Part shown: piece after piece, positions 40,644 to 51,833 of the stretch | How positions within the stretch are numbered: position 1 is the stretch's first letter | Layout of the letters: every line of letters starts with the position of its first letter | Notes under the pieces: model-generated | Told to the model about the DNA's origin: nothing | Seen by the model: only the letters and a program-made list of their open reading frames with translations | Database searches by the model: none | Made by a program: the position numbers and the translations under genes | IMG/VR virus record: IMGVR_UViG_2974628631_000001 | Coordinates: 61,727-125,726 of that record | DNA: 64,000 bases | Strand: one strand, 5' to 3' | From: a virus | Lineage: Duplodnaviria > Caudoviricetes

Positions 40644-41228
40644 ATGGCTACTGAGCGTGAGTACCTGATGTCTCTTGGTCTTGCCAAGGAGGGTCGGGGG
40701 CGATACTCTAAGGACGCTCGTGCGGCTCTGGACAAGGCAAAGGCTGATGGCATGACCTTTGACCTGACTGCCGCTGAGAAGGCAAAGCTTGAGCGTCAGA
40801 ACAAGCCCAAGCGTGAGCGTAAGGTTGTGTCGAGTGCTCCGAAGGAGGTTCGCCCTTCTCAGGACACGTATGACGCTAAGGCGGTACGTGCATGGGGTGA
40901 GCAGACTGGTGCGATTGAGAAGGGTAGGCGTGGTAAGCTGCCTACGGCTCTCATCAACGCCTATCTTGCTTCCAACAAGACTCAAAAGGCTGTCACTGTT
41001 CGTCGCATTCCCACTGCAAAGCGTTCGGTTGTGCGAGAGGAGAGCGTAGGGTACACTTACGCCAAGCGTGGACCGAAGGACCCGGTATTTATCTCTGAGC
41101 CTCTTGTGGCAGTCTCCACCTGTGGCGGATGCTCTCGGGGTGTGGCATACTGTGGTTGCAAGAGCGGTCCTACCGCTCCAAAGTACCTTGGCGGAGAGGT
41201 TCTGATGTTGACCCGCCCGTCCAAGTAA
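40644..41228 (+). CDS. Lsr2-like DNA-binding protein
   Basis: AKAVRAWG...RRGKLPTALINAY. Confidence 0.8.
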   Translation: MATEREYLMSLGLAKEGRGRYSKDARAALDKAKADGMTFDLTAAEKAKLERQNKPKRERKVVSSAPKEVRPSQDTYDAKAVRAWGEQTGAIEKGRRGKLPTALINAYLASNKTQKAVTVRRIPTAKRSVVREESVGYTYAKRGPKDPVFISEPLVAVSTCGGCSRGVAYCGCKSGPTAPKYLGGEVLMLTRPSK

Positions 41229-41682
41229 GGTAGAGTAGGCCGTGTGGGGGAGGAAAAGCCTCCCCCACCTAAGAAGGAGAAATATGGATAACGGAATGTT
41301 TACCTATGGTAATGGCGACTCTGGCCTGAACACTGGTGTCCGCCTTTCCAATGCCGCTCACCTTTCTGACCGGATGTACCGGACTCAGATGAATAAGCTT
41401 TCGGAGGCTCTTTATCGCCGGGATTTCGATGTCAATATCTTTGCCCGTAACATGATGGCTCACGCAAACCCTCTGCTTCGTGACCGTATGATGCAGCTTG
41501 CGCTTGCTTTCATTGACGCTGGTTCGGAAATGTACGATGCGTGCATGATTGAGGATGGTACAGTACAGGCTAAGCGACTCAAGGAAACTGCTGACCTTTT
41601 CCAGATGCCTCGGGGTTGACGGACACTATCGCACCTGCTAGTCTTTAGACATCAAGCCAGACGAAACTAGGAGTAAACAAAG

Positions 41683-42699
41683 ATGGACGCTGTTGAGAAG
41701 TACAAGGACATGGCTGCTTTCGCTTCTCTTCGTCGGAATGCGTGGTGGGACCTTGAGGGTGCTCACACTTTCGACAAGCCTGTGACTACCTCTGAGATGC
41801 TTGACCTTGCTCACCTTTCCGGCTGGAATCTCCGCATGGAGACTCTTGACACTGGCGAGTATTGCGACAAGGTTGAGTACAAGGTTCTTCGTGACAATCC
41901 TTTCATGGGTCGTGTTGAGCGACTGGGAATTGTCGGAACTCGATACAAGATGTTCTCGAATGAGGAACTGTTTGCCTTTGGTGATAACCTCACCAATCAG
42001 AGGCGTCGGTGGGAAACTGCCGGAAGCCTTTTCGGCGGGCGGACGGTTTTCGCTACTCTTGCGGATACTGAGGACATTATCCTTGACCCTAAGGGTTCGG
42101 GTGACCGTATCAAGAAGTATCTCATGCTCACGACTTCTCACGATGGTTCGGGTAAGATTGTCGCCAAGAAGGTGAATACCCGAGTCGAATGCGCCAATAC
42201 GCTTAACATGGCGATGAAGGAGAATGGGGCGGAATTCAGCATTCGTCACACTCAGAAGTTGGAAGGTCGTCTTGCGGAGGCTAAGCTTGCGCTTGGCTTT
42301 GCGGATGACTATGACGCTGAGTTTGAGGCTGCAATGCAGACTCTCTACGCAAAGGACATGACTCTTTCTCAGTTCGAGCGAATTGTTCTGGCTGAATTCC
42401 CTGAGCCGGATGCCGAAAAGAAGGGTGCCGTTACTCGGTGGGAAAACAAGATTGACACCATCAAGAGTGTTTGGCGGGGTTCTTCTCGCTCGATGGACAA
42501 TCTTCCTAACAACGCTTACAAGGGTCTTCAGGTTCTCACTGAGCACAATCAGTGGTTCCGTGGAATTCGCAAGGATTCCGAGACTGAGACTCCGAACGTT
42601 GAGAACTTCCTTGCGGCGGGTATGGGTATGGAGAAGCCTACCAATGACTTCCGTACCCGAGTGTTCGGCCGGATGATGGAGTTTGCCACTGCTGCATAA
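41683..42699 (+). CDS. DUF932 / phage-plasmid-like protein
   Basis: LGIVGTRY, WETAGSL.GGR.VF, TSHDGS, RVECANTL, IRHT. Confidence 0.85.
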   Translation: MDAVEKYKDMAAFASLRRNAWWDLEGAHTFDKPVTTSEMLDLAHLSGWNLRMETLDTGEYCDKVEYKVLRDNPFMGRVERLGIVGTRYKMFSNEELFAFGDNLTNQRRRWETAGSLFGGRTVFATLADTEDIILDPKGSGDRIKKYLMLTTSHDGSGKIVAKKVNTRVECANTLNMAMKENGAEFSIRHTQKLEGRLAEAKLALGFADDYDAEFEAAMQTLYAKDMTLSQFERIVLAEFPEPDAEKKGAVTRWENKIDTIKSVWRGSSRSMDNLPNNAYKGLQVLTEHNQWFRGIRKDSETETPNVENFLAAGMGMEKPTNDFRTRVFGRMMEFATAA

Positions 42700-44483
42700 G
42701 CAGTAAGAGGGGGGAGTCGAAAGACCCCCCCCTCAAGCTTTTCCTAAGGAGGAAATTGATGAAGGAGTTTTGGTGGTCGGTCGTCGGCTCTGCTATGGTT
42801 GGCGGACTGGTTACAGTGGTCGCTAATAGCAATCAGTTCAATCAACACTGGAATTTCCTCATTGTGTGGGGAGTACTCTTCGTGGTATATTGGATTCTGA
42901 GAGCGACAAAGGGCGACGCAGACTTTGACTTTGATTGGTGAAAGTCTGGGGGGTTCGCCCCCAAGCTTGTAAGGAGGAAAACAATTGGATATGCCAAACC
43001 TATCTCAGGCAATTGATGTTCAGGCATTCGATGGTAAGCTATACTTTGACCTAGACAAGACGCTTGAAATCATGTTTGAGGTAGCTTCAACTTCTCAAGT
43101 GGTTGCAACAGAGAGCCATGACGCTGCTCTAGGGGTCATGACTATGGGTATGGTGAGCATGTGTAGGGCTCTGGAAGCCGTTCTAGAGGCTCACAAGCCG
43201 CTGCTTGAAGAGAGACACCCACAGAGGATTTGCAGCTTCTCTAAGGGGCATCCAGAGCATGTGTGGATGCAAGCACGTAGACCTTTCCAGTGCCCAGGGG
43301 TTGCCTGAGGCTGGCAAACATGCTACACTAGATACATTCGTTGAGGTTATACACCTTTCTCTCATTGGACCCCGGTACTCCTATCAGTCATATCAGGCAA
43401 GGAGTTAAATAACAGTCGGCAGTTATGCCGGGGTCCCCTCACAATCGAATAGCTATGATACTATGACACTACGTGAAGGAGAAAGACATGCCTGAGGTTT
43501 ACGACTACGATGACGAGACTGGCGACTTCGAGATTCTGGACGATGTTCCGGAACAGCGTACTTTCCCGGACTACGTCTTTGAACTTGAACTCCCTACCCG
43601 ATAGGATGTAACATGCGTACCGGACTTGAGCATACTACGCCACAAGCACTGGAATCGTTGGTGAATAACCTCAAGTCCGGTACTTTCTTGGCTGTAGAAA
43701 AGATGGATTCTGCCGCATTCGAACTCGATATGACTCTGCTTCAAATCTTTGAGGCTGAATTTCTGCGGCGGGATATGGATTTCGATGGATTTATCGGAGA
43801 TAAGCTCCGAACCATCATAGACAACTGGCTTGAAGCAAGAGAATAGGAAATAACCTTGATTGTTCGTATTAGTACCACTCAGAAGCGCGCTTCTCTCGTT
43901 GATGTTCAGGCTTGCCTTTATGGTGTTGAGTCTGAGATTCTGGAAGCGGTTGACCCTGCCGATATCAAGATTGAATTGATGGGTGACCCTGAGAAGATTG
44001 CTTATGTAGTTGGTCGCACAGGTTCGCGCATCGTGTCTGTTCTTGATAAGGTGAAGCGTACTGACACTGCCACGGTTTAGGGCAGGCTGCTAGGTTGACA
44101 AACCTAGCAAGCTTCGTGTAAGGTGTTCTTACACAACGACAAGGAGTTGAAGATGGGTACTGGTCTTGTAGCTTACGACACTGTTTATCCTTACCAGGTT
44201 GAGGCTGAGGATTACGTGCGATTCACCATTGATGGTGAAGTCCATGAGGGAACTGTCCTGAATGTAGATGACACGGTTGATGGTATTCACATTACCCTTT
44301 CCGATGACACTGAGGGCGATGCTGACATTTTCACCCTCAGTGATGATGACATGGTTGACCTTCTCACTCGGGAAACTGTGGAAATCTGAGAAACTTTGCG
44401 GCCCCGGTTGACAAACCGGGGCCAAGCTTGTTAGTCTTCTTTTAACGACCTTAAACGAAGGGAGTATTAGACAGGAGAAGACT

Positions 44484-44867
44484 ATGAAGAAGGAATTTGT
44501 TTGGGGCACAATCGTAGCTGCCCTATTTGGTGCTGCTCTACTGGTTGTCATGCTATTGGCTTCCAACAAGGAACAGCCAACTACATTTGAGCAATACAAG
44601 GAGTATGCCCAGCAAGTAAACGTTGTTGATTGGACAATCAGCGAGGATACTGCTGAAAGTTTCGCTGACGCCAATTGCAATAAGCTTGAGCAGGGAGAAA
44701 TGCCTGCCATTGCTTTCCAAAATGGTGAGCACGTAAAGTCCAGTGGTGCTGTTATTGCGGCATACTGCCCGGAATCTTTTGATAACTTCTTGGCGGGTAT
44801 TGCAATGAAGTATCCAGAATACATTGAGACAGCAAAGTATCTGAACTACAGGATTAAGGTTTATTGA
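44484..44867 (+). CDS. membrane-anchored protein
   Basis: N-terminal TM segment, two Cys. Confidence 0.7.
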   Translation: MKKEFVWGTIVAALFGAALLVVMLLASNKEQPTTFEQYKEYAQQVNVVDWTISEDTAESFADANCNKLEQGEMPAIAFQNGEHVKSSGAVIAAYCPESFDNFLAGIAMKYPEYIETAKYLNYRIKVY

Positions 44868-45391
44868 TGATTGTTGTAAGGGCTCTGATTCTGTTCGTCG
44901 TGGGAATTCTCGGCGGGATTCTGGGACTTTACCTTGGATTTCTAATGGCTATCAACGGATGGTTGGGATGAGCAGGGACCGCTTTAAGATGGACCCTCTA
45001 GAAGAGCTGGTCTACGGATGCCTTGGATACATTCTGCTTGTTGGGATTGTATTCGGTGCTCTTCTTGTCGGGGCAATCTGGGGACTGATAGAGTTCTTTC
45101 AATGGGTATTCTAGATAAGGATAACAACATGGAAAAGCACGAGACAATTCGAGTATTCCTCGTTGGTTCGTTCATCACCATCGTCCTACTTGGCATCATC
45201 GGTGGCATGGTGTATGCTGGTCACCAGAACAACGTCAAGGACCAGAAGATGACCACTGAGTGTCTAAGGAACGGCGGAGAGACAAAGGTAAGCAGCAACA
45301 ACGTTCTGGTCTGTGACAAGTAGGCCAGAAGGGGGTTGACACCCCCAAGCTAACAAGGTAGATTGGTTCTCACAGGGAAGGGAGAACGGAC

Positions 45392-45787
45392 ATGAAGTCC
45401 ACCGAAGGTTACACTATTCGACTCACTGTTCACGCGCATCAGCAGATGCTTGCTAAGGAGATTTCGCCAGTCAAGATTCAGGAAGCATTCGATAACCCTG
45501 AGAAGCTTTATCCCAACAAGAAGTACGCTGGACAATTCCGGGTAGTCGGTAATGGCATTTGCCTTGTCGGTAAGCCTGAGGGTGATACCTTTACGGTATT
45601 CACCATCTATGAGGATGGTATTCTTACTCCTCCGCGCCCGGACCAGCTTGAGACTCCTGAGGGTCAGGAGTATGCTCGACGTTATGAAAGGGCTGTCACA
45701 ACTGGTAATGTCCGGCGAGACAATGAATACTGGGGACGTGTTCATGCACGTAACCGAAGTGATTCACGTCACAACTATATCCGGTAA
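45392..45787 (+). CDS. DUF4258-like (RelE/BrnT-type fold) protein
   Basis: RLTVHAHQQM..KEI....I.EAF.NP...CLV...TVFTIY. Confidence 0.55.
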   Translation: MKSTEGYTIRLTVHAHQQMLAKEISPVKIQEAFDNPEKLYPNKKYAGQFRVVGNGICLVGKPEGDTFTVFTIYEDGILTPPRPDQLETPEGQEYARRYERAVTTGNVRRDNEYWGRVHARNRSDSRHNYIR

Positions 45788-45863
45788 TTGAATTCATGGT
45801 ACTCTAGTGAAATCCGCTACCCCATTCGGGGTAGCGCGTAATAAACTGAGGAGTTATTGTTTT

Positions 45864-46343
45864 ATGTATAAGAAGACTGCGGTAATCGGAACGCTTCTTT
45901 CAGCTATGGGAGTAACCGTTCTGGTTCCTGCATCTGCTGAAGCTGCGACTTCAACTCAACAGAAGGCATACAATTTTGCCTATGCCCAGTATAAGCAGGG
46001 GGATAAGTATTCCTATGGTGCAACTGGATTTAGGTACTATGACTGCTCTGGTCTTATCTGGCGCTCTTTTGAGCAGTCAGGTAAGAAGTGGAAGCGCTAC
46101 AATGCACATGACATGAGGCGATATCAGACCAATGATATCACCGTAAACCAGCGTAAGGTTGGTGACCTTATCTTCTTCAAGAGGAAGGGTTCTTCTACCT
46201 ATACACACGTTGGAATTTACGCTGGCAGTGGATACATGGTTAATGCTGTAAATGGGAATACCTATAAGGGTGTTCGCAAGGGAAAGGTAGTTGACGGGTA
46301 CTGGAATAAGTACTATAACGCTGACTACCGCCGCGTAAAGTAA
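45864..46343 (+). CDS. secreted NlpC/P60 peptidoglycan endopeptidase
   Basis: signal peptide ending AEAA; YSYGA..YDCSGL; HVGIYAG. Confidence 0.9.
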   Translation: MYKKTAVIGTLLSAMGVTVLVPASAEAATSTQQKAYNFAYAQYKQGDKYSYGATGFRYYDCSGLIWRSFEQSGKKWKRYNAHDMRRYQTNDITVNQRKVGDLIFFKRKGSSTYTHVGIYAGSGYMVNAVNGNTYKGVRKGKVVDGYWNKYYNADYRRVK

Positions 46344-46613
46344 GTTAGTACATATGAAATACGCGGGGTGTTTCCCTTGGCACCCCGCAAGCTTCGCACT
46401 ACAAAGGAGAACCTTGATTCGCATCGTCACAGGTATTGTGCTGGTAGTTCTTGGTGTGGTAGTGTCCTGCCTGTCTGAGCAACAGGACATGGCAGTCATG
46501 ATGGGAGTTGTAGGCGTAGGCTCTTTGTTCTGGGGTATGCTTGACAAGCCCGAACCGACAGAGTAAGTTAGTCATCACAAGGCGGGGACACTCGCCAAGC
46601 TGAAAGGACAGAG

Positions 46614-46976
46614 ATGACAGAGCTTCTGTACCACACGGAAATCGGTCTTCCTGAGGGCTTCCAGAAGCCCACTGAGCGTGTTAGGATTCGGTACGGGTCG
46701 CACGCCAGGATGGAAGCCATGAAGGACCGTTACGGACTCATCAGGCTTCCGAACTTTCTCACGCTGCGTCGGATGAGGGTCATTGAGGTTGGAATGACCA
46801 ACGGTAAGGTCTCTAAGATTCTTTTCCGGGGTCGTCTGGATGACACGCGTGACCTGTGCATCGTACTGATTCCGGGGGTTGACAACAAGCCCTGGTTCTG
46901 CAAGACTGTATGGGTAAACAAGAACGACGACAAGCACGAGACGCTTGACACCACTCGATATGAGAAGGTAGCATAG
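46614..46976 (+). CDS. hypothetical protein
   Basis: RBS aagga; YGSHARMEA...KTVWVN. Confidence 0.75.
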   Translation: MTELLYHTEIGLPEGFQKPTERVRIRYGSHARMEAMKDRYGLIRLPNFLTLRRMRVIEVGMTNGKVSKILFRGRLDDTRDLCIVLIPGVDNKPWFCKTVWVNKNDDKHETLDTTRYEKVA

Positions 46977-47400
46977 TGGACGACAACGATATGCATCCTG
47001 GTTCCTGTCTCCTCTGGATTCTGGCAATCATCGGAGTCGTTTGGGTAATCGTAGACCTGATTATCCATTGACAAACCGCCCCGCAAGGGGCAAGCTTGCA
47101 ACACATCAACCAAGGAGAAAACATGAACGGCTCGATTCGCTTCGGTACCTTCTTCACCTTCTTCGGTGGAACCATTGTCGCCAATGGCTTTGTCCAGATG
47201 GACAAGAACATGACGCTGGGAATTGTCCTGGTGGTTCTTGGAATCGCTCTGGACATTATGGGTATCAACTCGGTTGAGAAGGGTGTAAAGGAAACTCTTC
47301 GAGTCCGTGACCTTGAGCGTAAGGCTGGTGTTCGGAAGAACGTTTAAGCAATACCGGCCCGAAAGGGCCAAGCTTCCAATCGAATAGACAGGAATATAAA

Positions 47401-47973
47401 ATGTCCCGGTTCTTCACGTCAGACACTCACTTTGGACACGCAAGGATTATCGAACTCTGCAATCGACCTTTCTCATCTGTTGAAGAGATGAATGAGGTAA
47501 TGATTGAGCGCTGGAATTCAGTAGTCAAGTCTACTGACACTGTAATTCACTTTGGTGATGTGGCTCTGGGAAAGATTGCCGAATCCCTTCCGCTGATTGA
47601 GAGGCTGAATGGAATTAAGTCTCTGATTCCTGGCAATCATGACCGAATCTTCTCTGGTGAAAAGGAGAAGCAGCGGGTTCGATTCATGGAGCAGTACGAG
47701 TGGGTTTTCAATGGTGGAATTATGCCTGAAACCTCTCGCTTCAAGATTGATGGAAAGCTGGTAATCGGAAGTCACTTCCCTTACAGTGGTGATTCACACG
47801 GTGAGGACAGGCACGCCGATAAGCGTCCTAGCGACATGGGATTCCCTCTAATTCACGGACACGTTCACGATAAGTGGAAGTTCAATGGTCGGATGTTCAA
47901 TGTTGGTGTGGATGTAAACAACTTCACCCCGGTTTCTGAGGACGAAGTGGTTGCGTGGCTGCGTAGTCTGTAG
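47401..47973 (+). CDS. calcineurin-like phosphoesterase
   Basis: SDTHFGH, GD, GNHD, HGHVH, NVGVD. Confidence 0.9.
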   Translation: MSRFFTSDTHFGHARIIELCNRPFSSVEEMNEVMIERWNSVVKSTDTVIHFGDVALGKIAESLPLIERLNGIKSLIPGNHDRIFSGEKEKQRVRFMEQYEWVFNGGIMPETSRFKIDGKLVIGSHFPYSGDSHGEDRHADKRPSDMGFPLIHGHVHDKWKFNGRMFNVGVDVNNFTPVSEDEVVAWLRSL

Positions 47974-48026
47974 TAAAGTGGGGGTTGTTAAGTTGATTTG
48001 ACTTAACAACCCCCACAAGCTATAAT

Positions 48027-48407
48027 GTGTCTATGCATAAGATGATTTCAAAAGACACAGAAAGCGAAACTGGAGTATGTCAGGAATGTGGTCCAGTTGA
48101 GACAAAGAACGGGCGTTGTAAGGTAGCGTATCTCAAGCACGCGAACAGAAATCGTGGATATAGATATGTCTCTTACAAGAATGCCGATGGAAAAAGATTC
48201 AGCATTAAGGTTGAAGAACGTGATAGACTCTTCAATGAATTTGGAAACGCGTGCGGAATCTGTAAGACAACAGAGAACTTGAAGCTAGACCATTGTCACG
48301 AAACAAGTAAGTTTCGCGGGTTGCTGTGCAATGACTGTAACCTAGCGTTGGGATTGTTCAAGGATTCGACAGAGCGCCTAGAGCGTGCTATCGTCTACCT
48401 TAGTTGA
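48027..48407 (+). CDS. endonuclease VII-type (homing) endonuclease
   Basis: CGICK...LDHCHET.KFRGLLC.DCN.ALG. Confidence 0.9.
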   Translation: MSMHKMISKDTESETGVCQECGPVETKNGRCKVAYLKHANRNRGYRYVSYKNADGKRFSIKVEERDRLFNEFGNACGICKTTENLKLDHCHETSKFRGLLCNDCNLALGLFKDSTERLERAIVYLS

Positions 48408-48953
48408 GCAACCCCCAAGCTTCTGTAACTAATAAGGAGAATGTTATGCGACCTTCTACCGCTTTCTTCATTGCCGCTTTCCTTTCGGCTTGCATGGTTG
48501 TGATGAATGCAGTCAGTGATTTCGCTGGTACTGCCGGTGGATTTGTTCTTGCAGCCATCTTTGGTGCTGCAATGGGCTGGACTTTTGCTTCCGGGCTTAT
48601 TGCTCGTAGGCGGGGAATGTAACTTCCCGGTGGGGCTTAGGCCCCAAGCTTCCCAACAATAGGAGTAACAAATGCTTGACTTCCTTCTTACCTCTCGTGC
48701 TTCGTTTGCCATTGCGGCTCTTTGGGTTCTTGCTGCAATTGCTAACCTTGTCACTGGTGAATACTGGGTCGCATGGCTTGAGCTTCTTCTTGCTCTGCAC
48801 AATGTGACTGATGGAATGCAGACTATGATGTTTGAAAAGGGTTTCTACCTTAAGTCTGCTGACCTTCTTAAGTAAAGAAGGTGGGACTTCGGTCCCAAGC
48901 TTGCTACAACAGTCAGTACAAAGATTGGCTGTGTGGCGTTCTAAGGAGGAAAC

Positions 48954-49244
48954 GTGAGGGTCTGGCTAGATGACCTCAGGGAGGCTCCAAGCGGCTGGCT
49001 ATGGCTCACCAACAGCCGTATGGCTATCAACTGGCTTGAGTGGGCAAAGATGTTGAACGCTCCGCCGGAAGTCTGGTCGTTTGACCATGACCTAGGTGGT
49101 GACGACACGTCCCGTCCCGTGGTACTGTGGATGTGTGAGAACGAGTTCTGGCCTACGCAGTGTTTCGTACACAGTGCGAATCCGGTCGGAATCGAATGGC
49201 TGTCTGGTATGATTGACCGATACGGACCGGGAGTTTCAAAGTGA
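48954..49244 (+). CDS. cyclic-phosphate-processing receiver-domain protein
   Basis: VWLDDLREAP, SFDHDLG, HSANPVG. Confidence 0.75.
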   Translation: MRVWLDDLREAPSGWLWLTNSRMAINWLEWAKMLNAPPEVWSFDHDLGGDDTSRPVVLWMCENEFWPTQCFVHSANPVGIEWLSGMIDRYGPGVSK

Positions 49245-51763
49245 AGCACTACAAGCACGTATGCAAGTGTGGTAAGCTCATCGCACAGTGTCGATGCCCC
49301 GGAGATAAGGAAGTGCAAGTGTCCACTACATGTGAGCACAAGGATTGGACCCAAGCTCTTGAGGATGAGCTGAGTGAAGAGTACAATGTTCCTGCCAACT
49401 CTGTTGGTCAGATTGTAAAGTACGTGGAAGTTGAGATTCCTGCCACTCGTCACTCGCTTGACATTCGTAATCACAGCCTGTATGGTTTCATTATCACCCT
49501 GTACATTGCAGACGAAACCGGCGGGGTGATGGTTGAGAAGGAACTGTACATCGGAGTCAAGGAATCAGACCTTGCCGACACAGTTCACAGCCTGTACACC
49601 AGTTATGAATGAGGGGTAATATGCCTGGTGCAAATTGGAATGACCTAACTCCCCAGGAAAAGGCGGATTGGTTCGACAATTCAATTCGCAAGTGGGAGAA
49701 TCTGTCTGCCGAAGAGAAGCAGAAGGCAGCGGATAAGATTCGTAAGGCGCGCTCTGATTCTCGTAAGGGACAGAAGCGTCACAAGAAGAAGCATTGGTGG
49801 AATCACTGATGTTTAGGCGGGTTTGAAATACAACCCGCCAAGCTTCCCTATAACAAGGAGTCGTAATGACTAAGGGTATGAATGCCTTTCTTGCCAGTCT
49901 CGGATATTTCCTTGCCTTTCTCTGGTTCATGATTGCCAGTTCAAAGGTATCGTCTGGCGACATTGACTGGACAGTGTACCTGAACTATGGTACATCTGTT
50001 ATCTGGGCAATCACGGGTACCATTTGGATGTGCAATACTCGGAACTTCCGGTAGTTGACACATCGAGTCTGGTTCGCTAGACTCAAGCTTGTAAGACCAA
50101 CCAAGGAGGAATCGTGCACGTCAACACGTCTCAGCTTCGCAAGAACGATGTTGTCCACTGCCATGGTATGCAGTTGCTCATTGACCAGGAAATCAAGGAG
50201 TACACTGGTCATGGTCCTAATCGACCGACTGTTTACCACACTTCCGCCAAGGTGATTAACCTTGACGAATGTAAGCTCAACGGTACAATTGCTTGGCGAG
50301 AGGATGAGGAAACTTTCCACGATGGCCTTATTCCCCTTTCCTGGCTTTACCCCGATGTTTTTCGTGGGGGTTGGACCAAGGATTGGGATGCAGACCCGCG
50401 TTGGGTAATTCAGGGAAATGAACTTGCCATGTGGCGAGTTTCCCGAAAGGATGAAGCTAATGAGGATGCTGGGTAAGGCATTCAGGATGTGTCCGTGGGG
50501 AAAGCGTTGTTCCTGCAATCCCCCCGCAATGCGAGCGGCTGCGAAGAAGACGCAGAAGCGACGTGAAAAGCAGGAATGGAAGCGAGAGGCTCGCTTCTAA
50601 GAAAGTCGGTCGGGGGTGTTGACAAGAGTCGTACCCCCGACTAAGCTACCATCAGGAGGAAACAAAATGGCACGCATGATGGCAAAGAGCCGCTGGAAGC
50701 GAGAGGGTTGGCGCTTCTGCTGCAAGGGTCACGACCCCAACTGGTACGTCAAGGGTGGTCAGAGGGCTAAGGAGAAGCGTCAGTGGCGTAAGGAAAGCTG
50801 AAGTCCGGTCGGGGTTGACAGACTGGTTGACCCCGGCTAAGCTTGCACTACCAACAACGACGAAGGGCACAAAATGAACTTCCGCATCGACGTTCTTGCT
50901 GAGAATGGTGTTCCGTTCCGGGCGGTTTTCTTCCCGTTCGGTGAGAGTGAGAACTACCCTTCCGTTAACACGGGTGAGCCGATGGTTGAGTTCTACGACA
51001 AGCGTTACGTCAATCACACTCCCGATGGTCAGTTCACGGGTGCTCGGTACAACCTGTCCGACCTCTTTGAGGACCGTAAGCCTTTCTCTGGACTTATCCT
51101 TGACGGTGGTGTAGAGTCGTGGCGTATCGATGGTGACACGTTCGAGCTGGTTGTGCGCTGGCTCAAGAGCTTTGAGGTTCTTCCTGGTTGACAGGGAAGG
51201 CAGTCAGGTGTAACATGGGGTTAATCCGGAAGGGGAAGGGAGCGGAAAGCTCCTCCCAACCCTTCCGGTCCCCAAAGCTTCTCAACTTAAGGATGGATAT
51301 GGACATCGCAAGTATTCGAAAGCTTGGCTATGCTCTGCTTCTTTCCTCTGCCGCTTTGGTGTACGCTGGCAATGAGGCTCTGGAAATGAATGCAGTTGTC
51401 CTGGCCAATTTCGAATTCTTCGTGAGCATGATTTGCTTCACGAATGGTGGACTTGCTATCTACATGACGAATGGAATTAAGTAGAGATGGAACACTGCGA
51501 ATATGAAGCTGGGTTCTTTTTCACCCCCGTTGAATCGACCGGATTGCTTGACCAGTACGACTGCTATGTGGTACATTCGAGTCTGAAGTATCCAAGAGGT
51601 CTCGGATATCCGGGAAGGCTGAATCACTTCACATATCTTGGTGAAGCACATGTAATCGTACACGCAAGAAACCGGCGGGTTGCTGAAAAGAAGGTTCGTC
51701 GCCTTCTCCGTAAGCATTACAGAAAGAACCGATAGACTGCCGATGACCCCGAAAGGGCGAGGA

Positions 51764-51833
51764 CAGCCCCAATAGCATAAGTAGGTCAATGCGCTAGCAA
51801 AGAGAGATTCCGGGTTCGAATCCCGGTGGGGTT
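51764..51833 (+). pseudogene. tRNA-like element lacking a proper anticodon arm
   Basis: cagcccca/tggggttg acceptor, D arm gcat..atgc, T arm ccggg-ttcgaat-cccgg; anticodon region does not form a 5-bp stem. Confidence 0.7.

Noticed and set aside
7287-42546. Long minus-strand ORFs (e.g. 7287..8357, 15583..16488, 23317..24333, 38407..39354, 41638..42546)
   Set aside because: They are antisense shadows of well-supported + strand genes and have no recognisable motifs.
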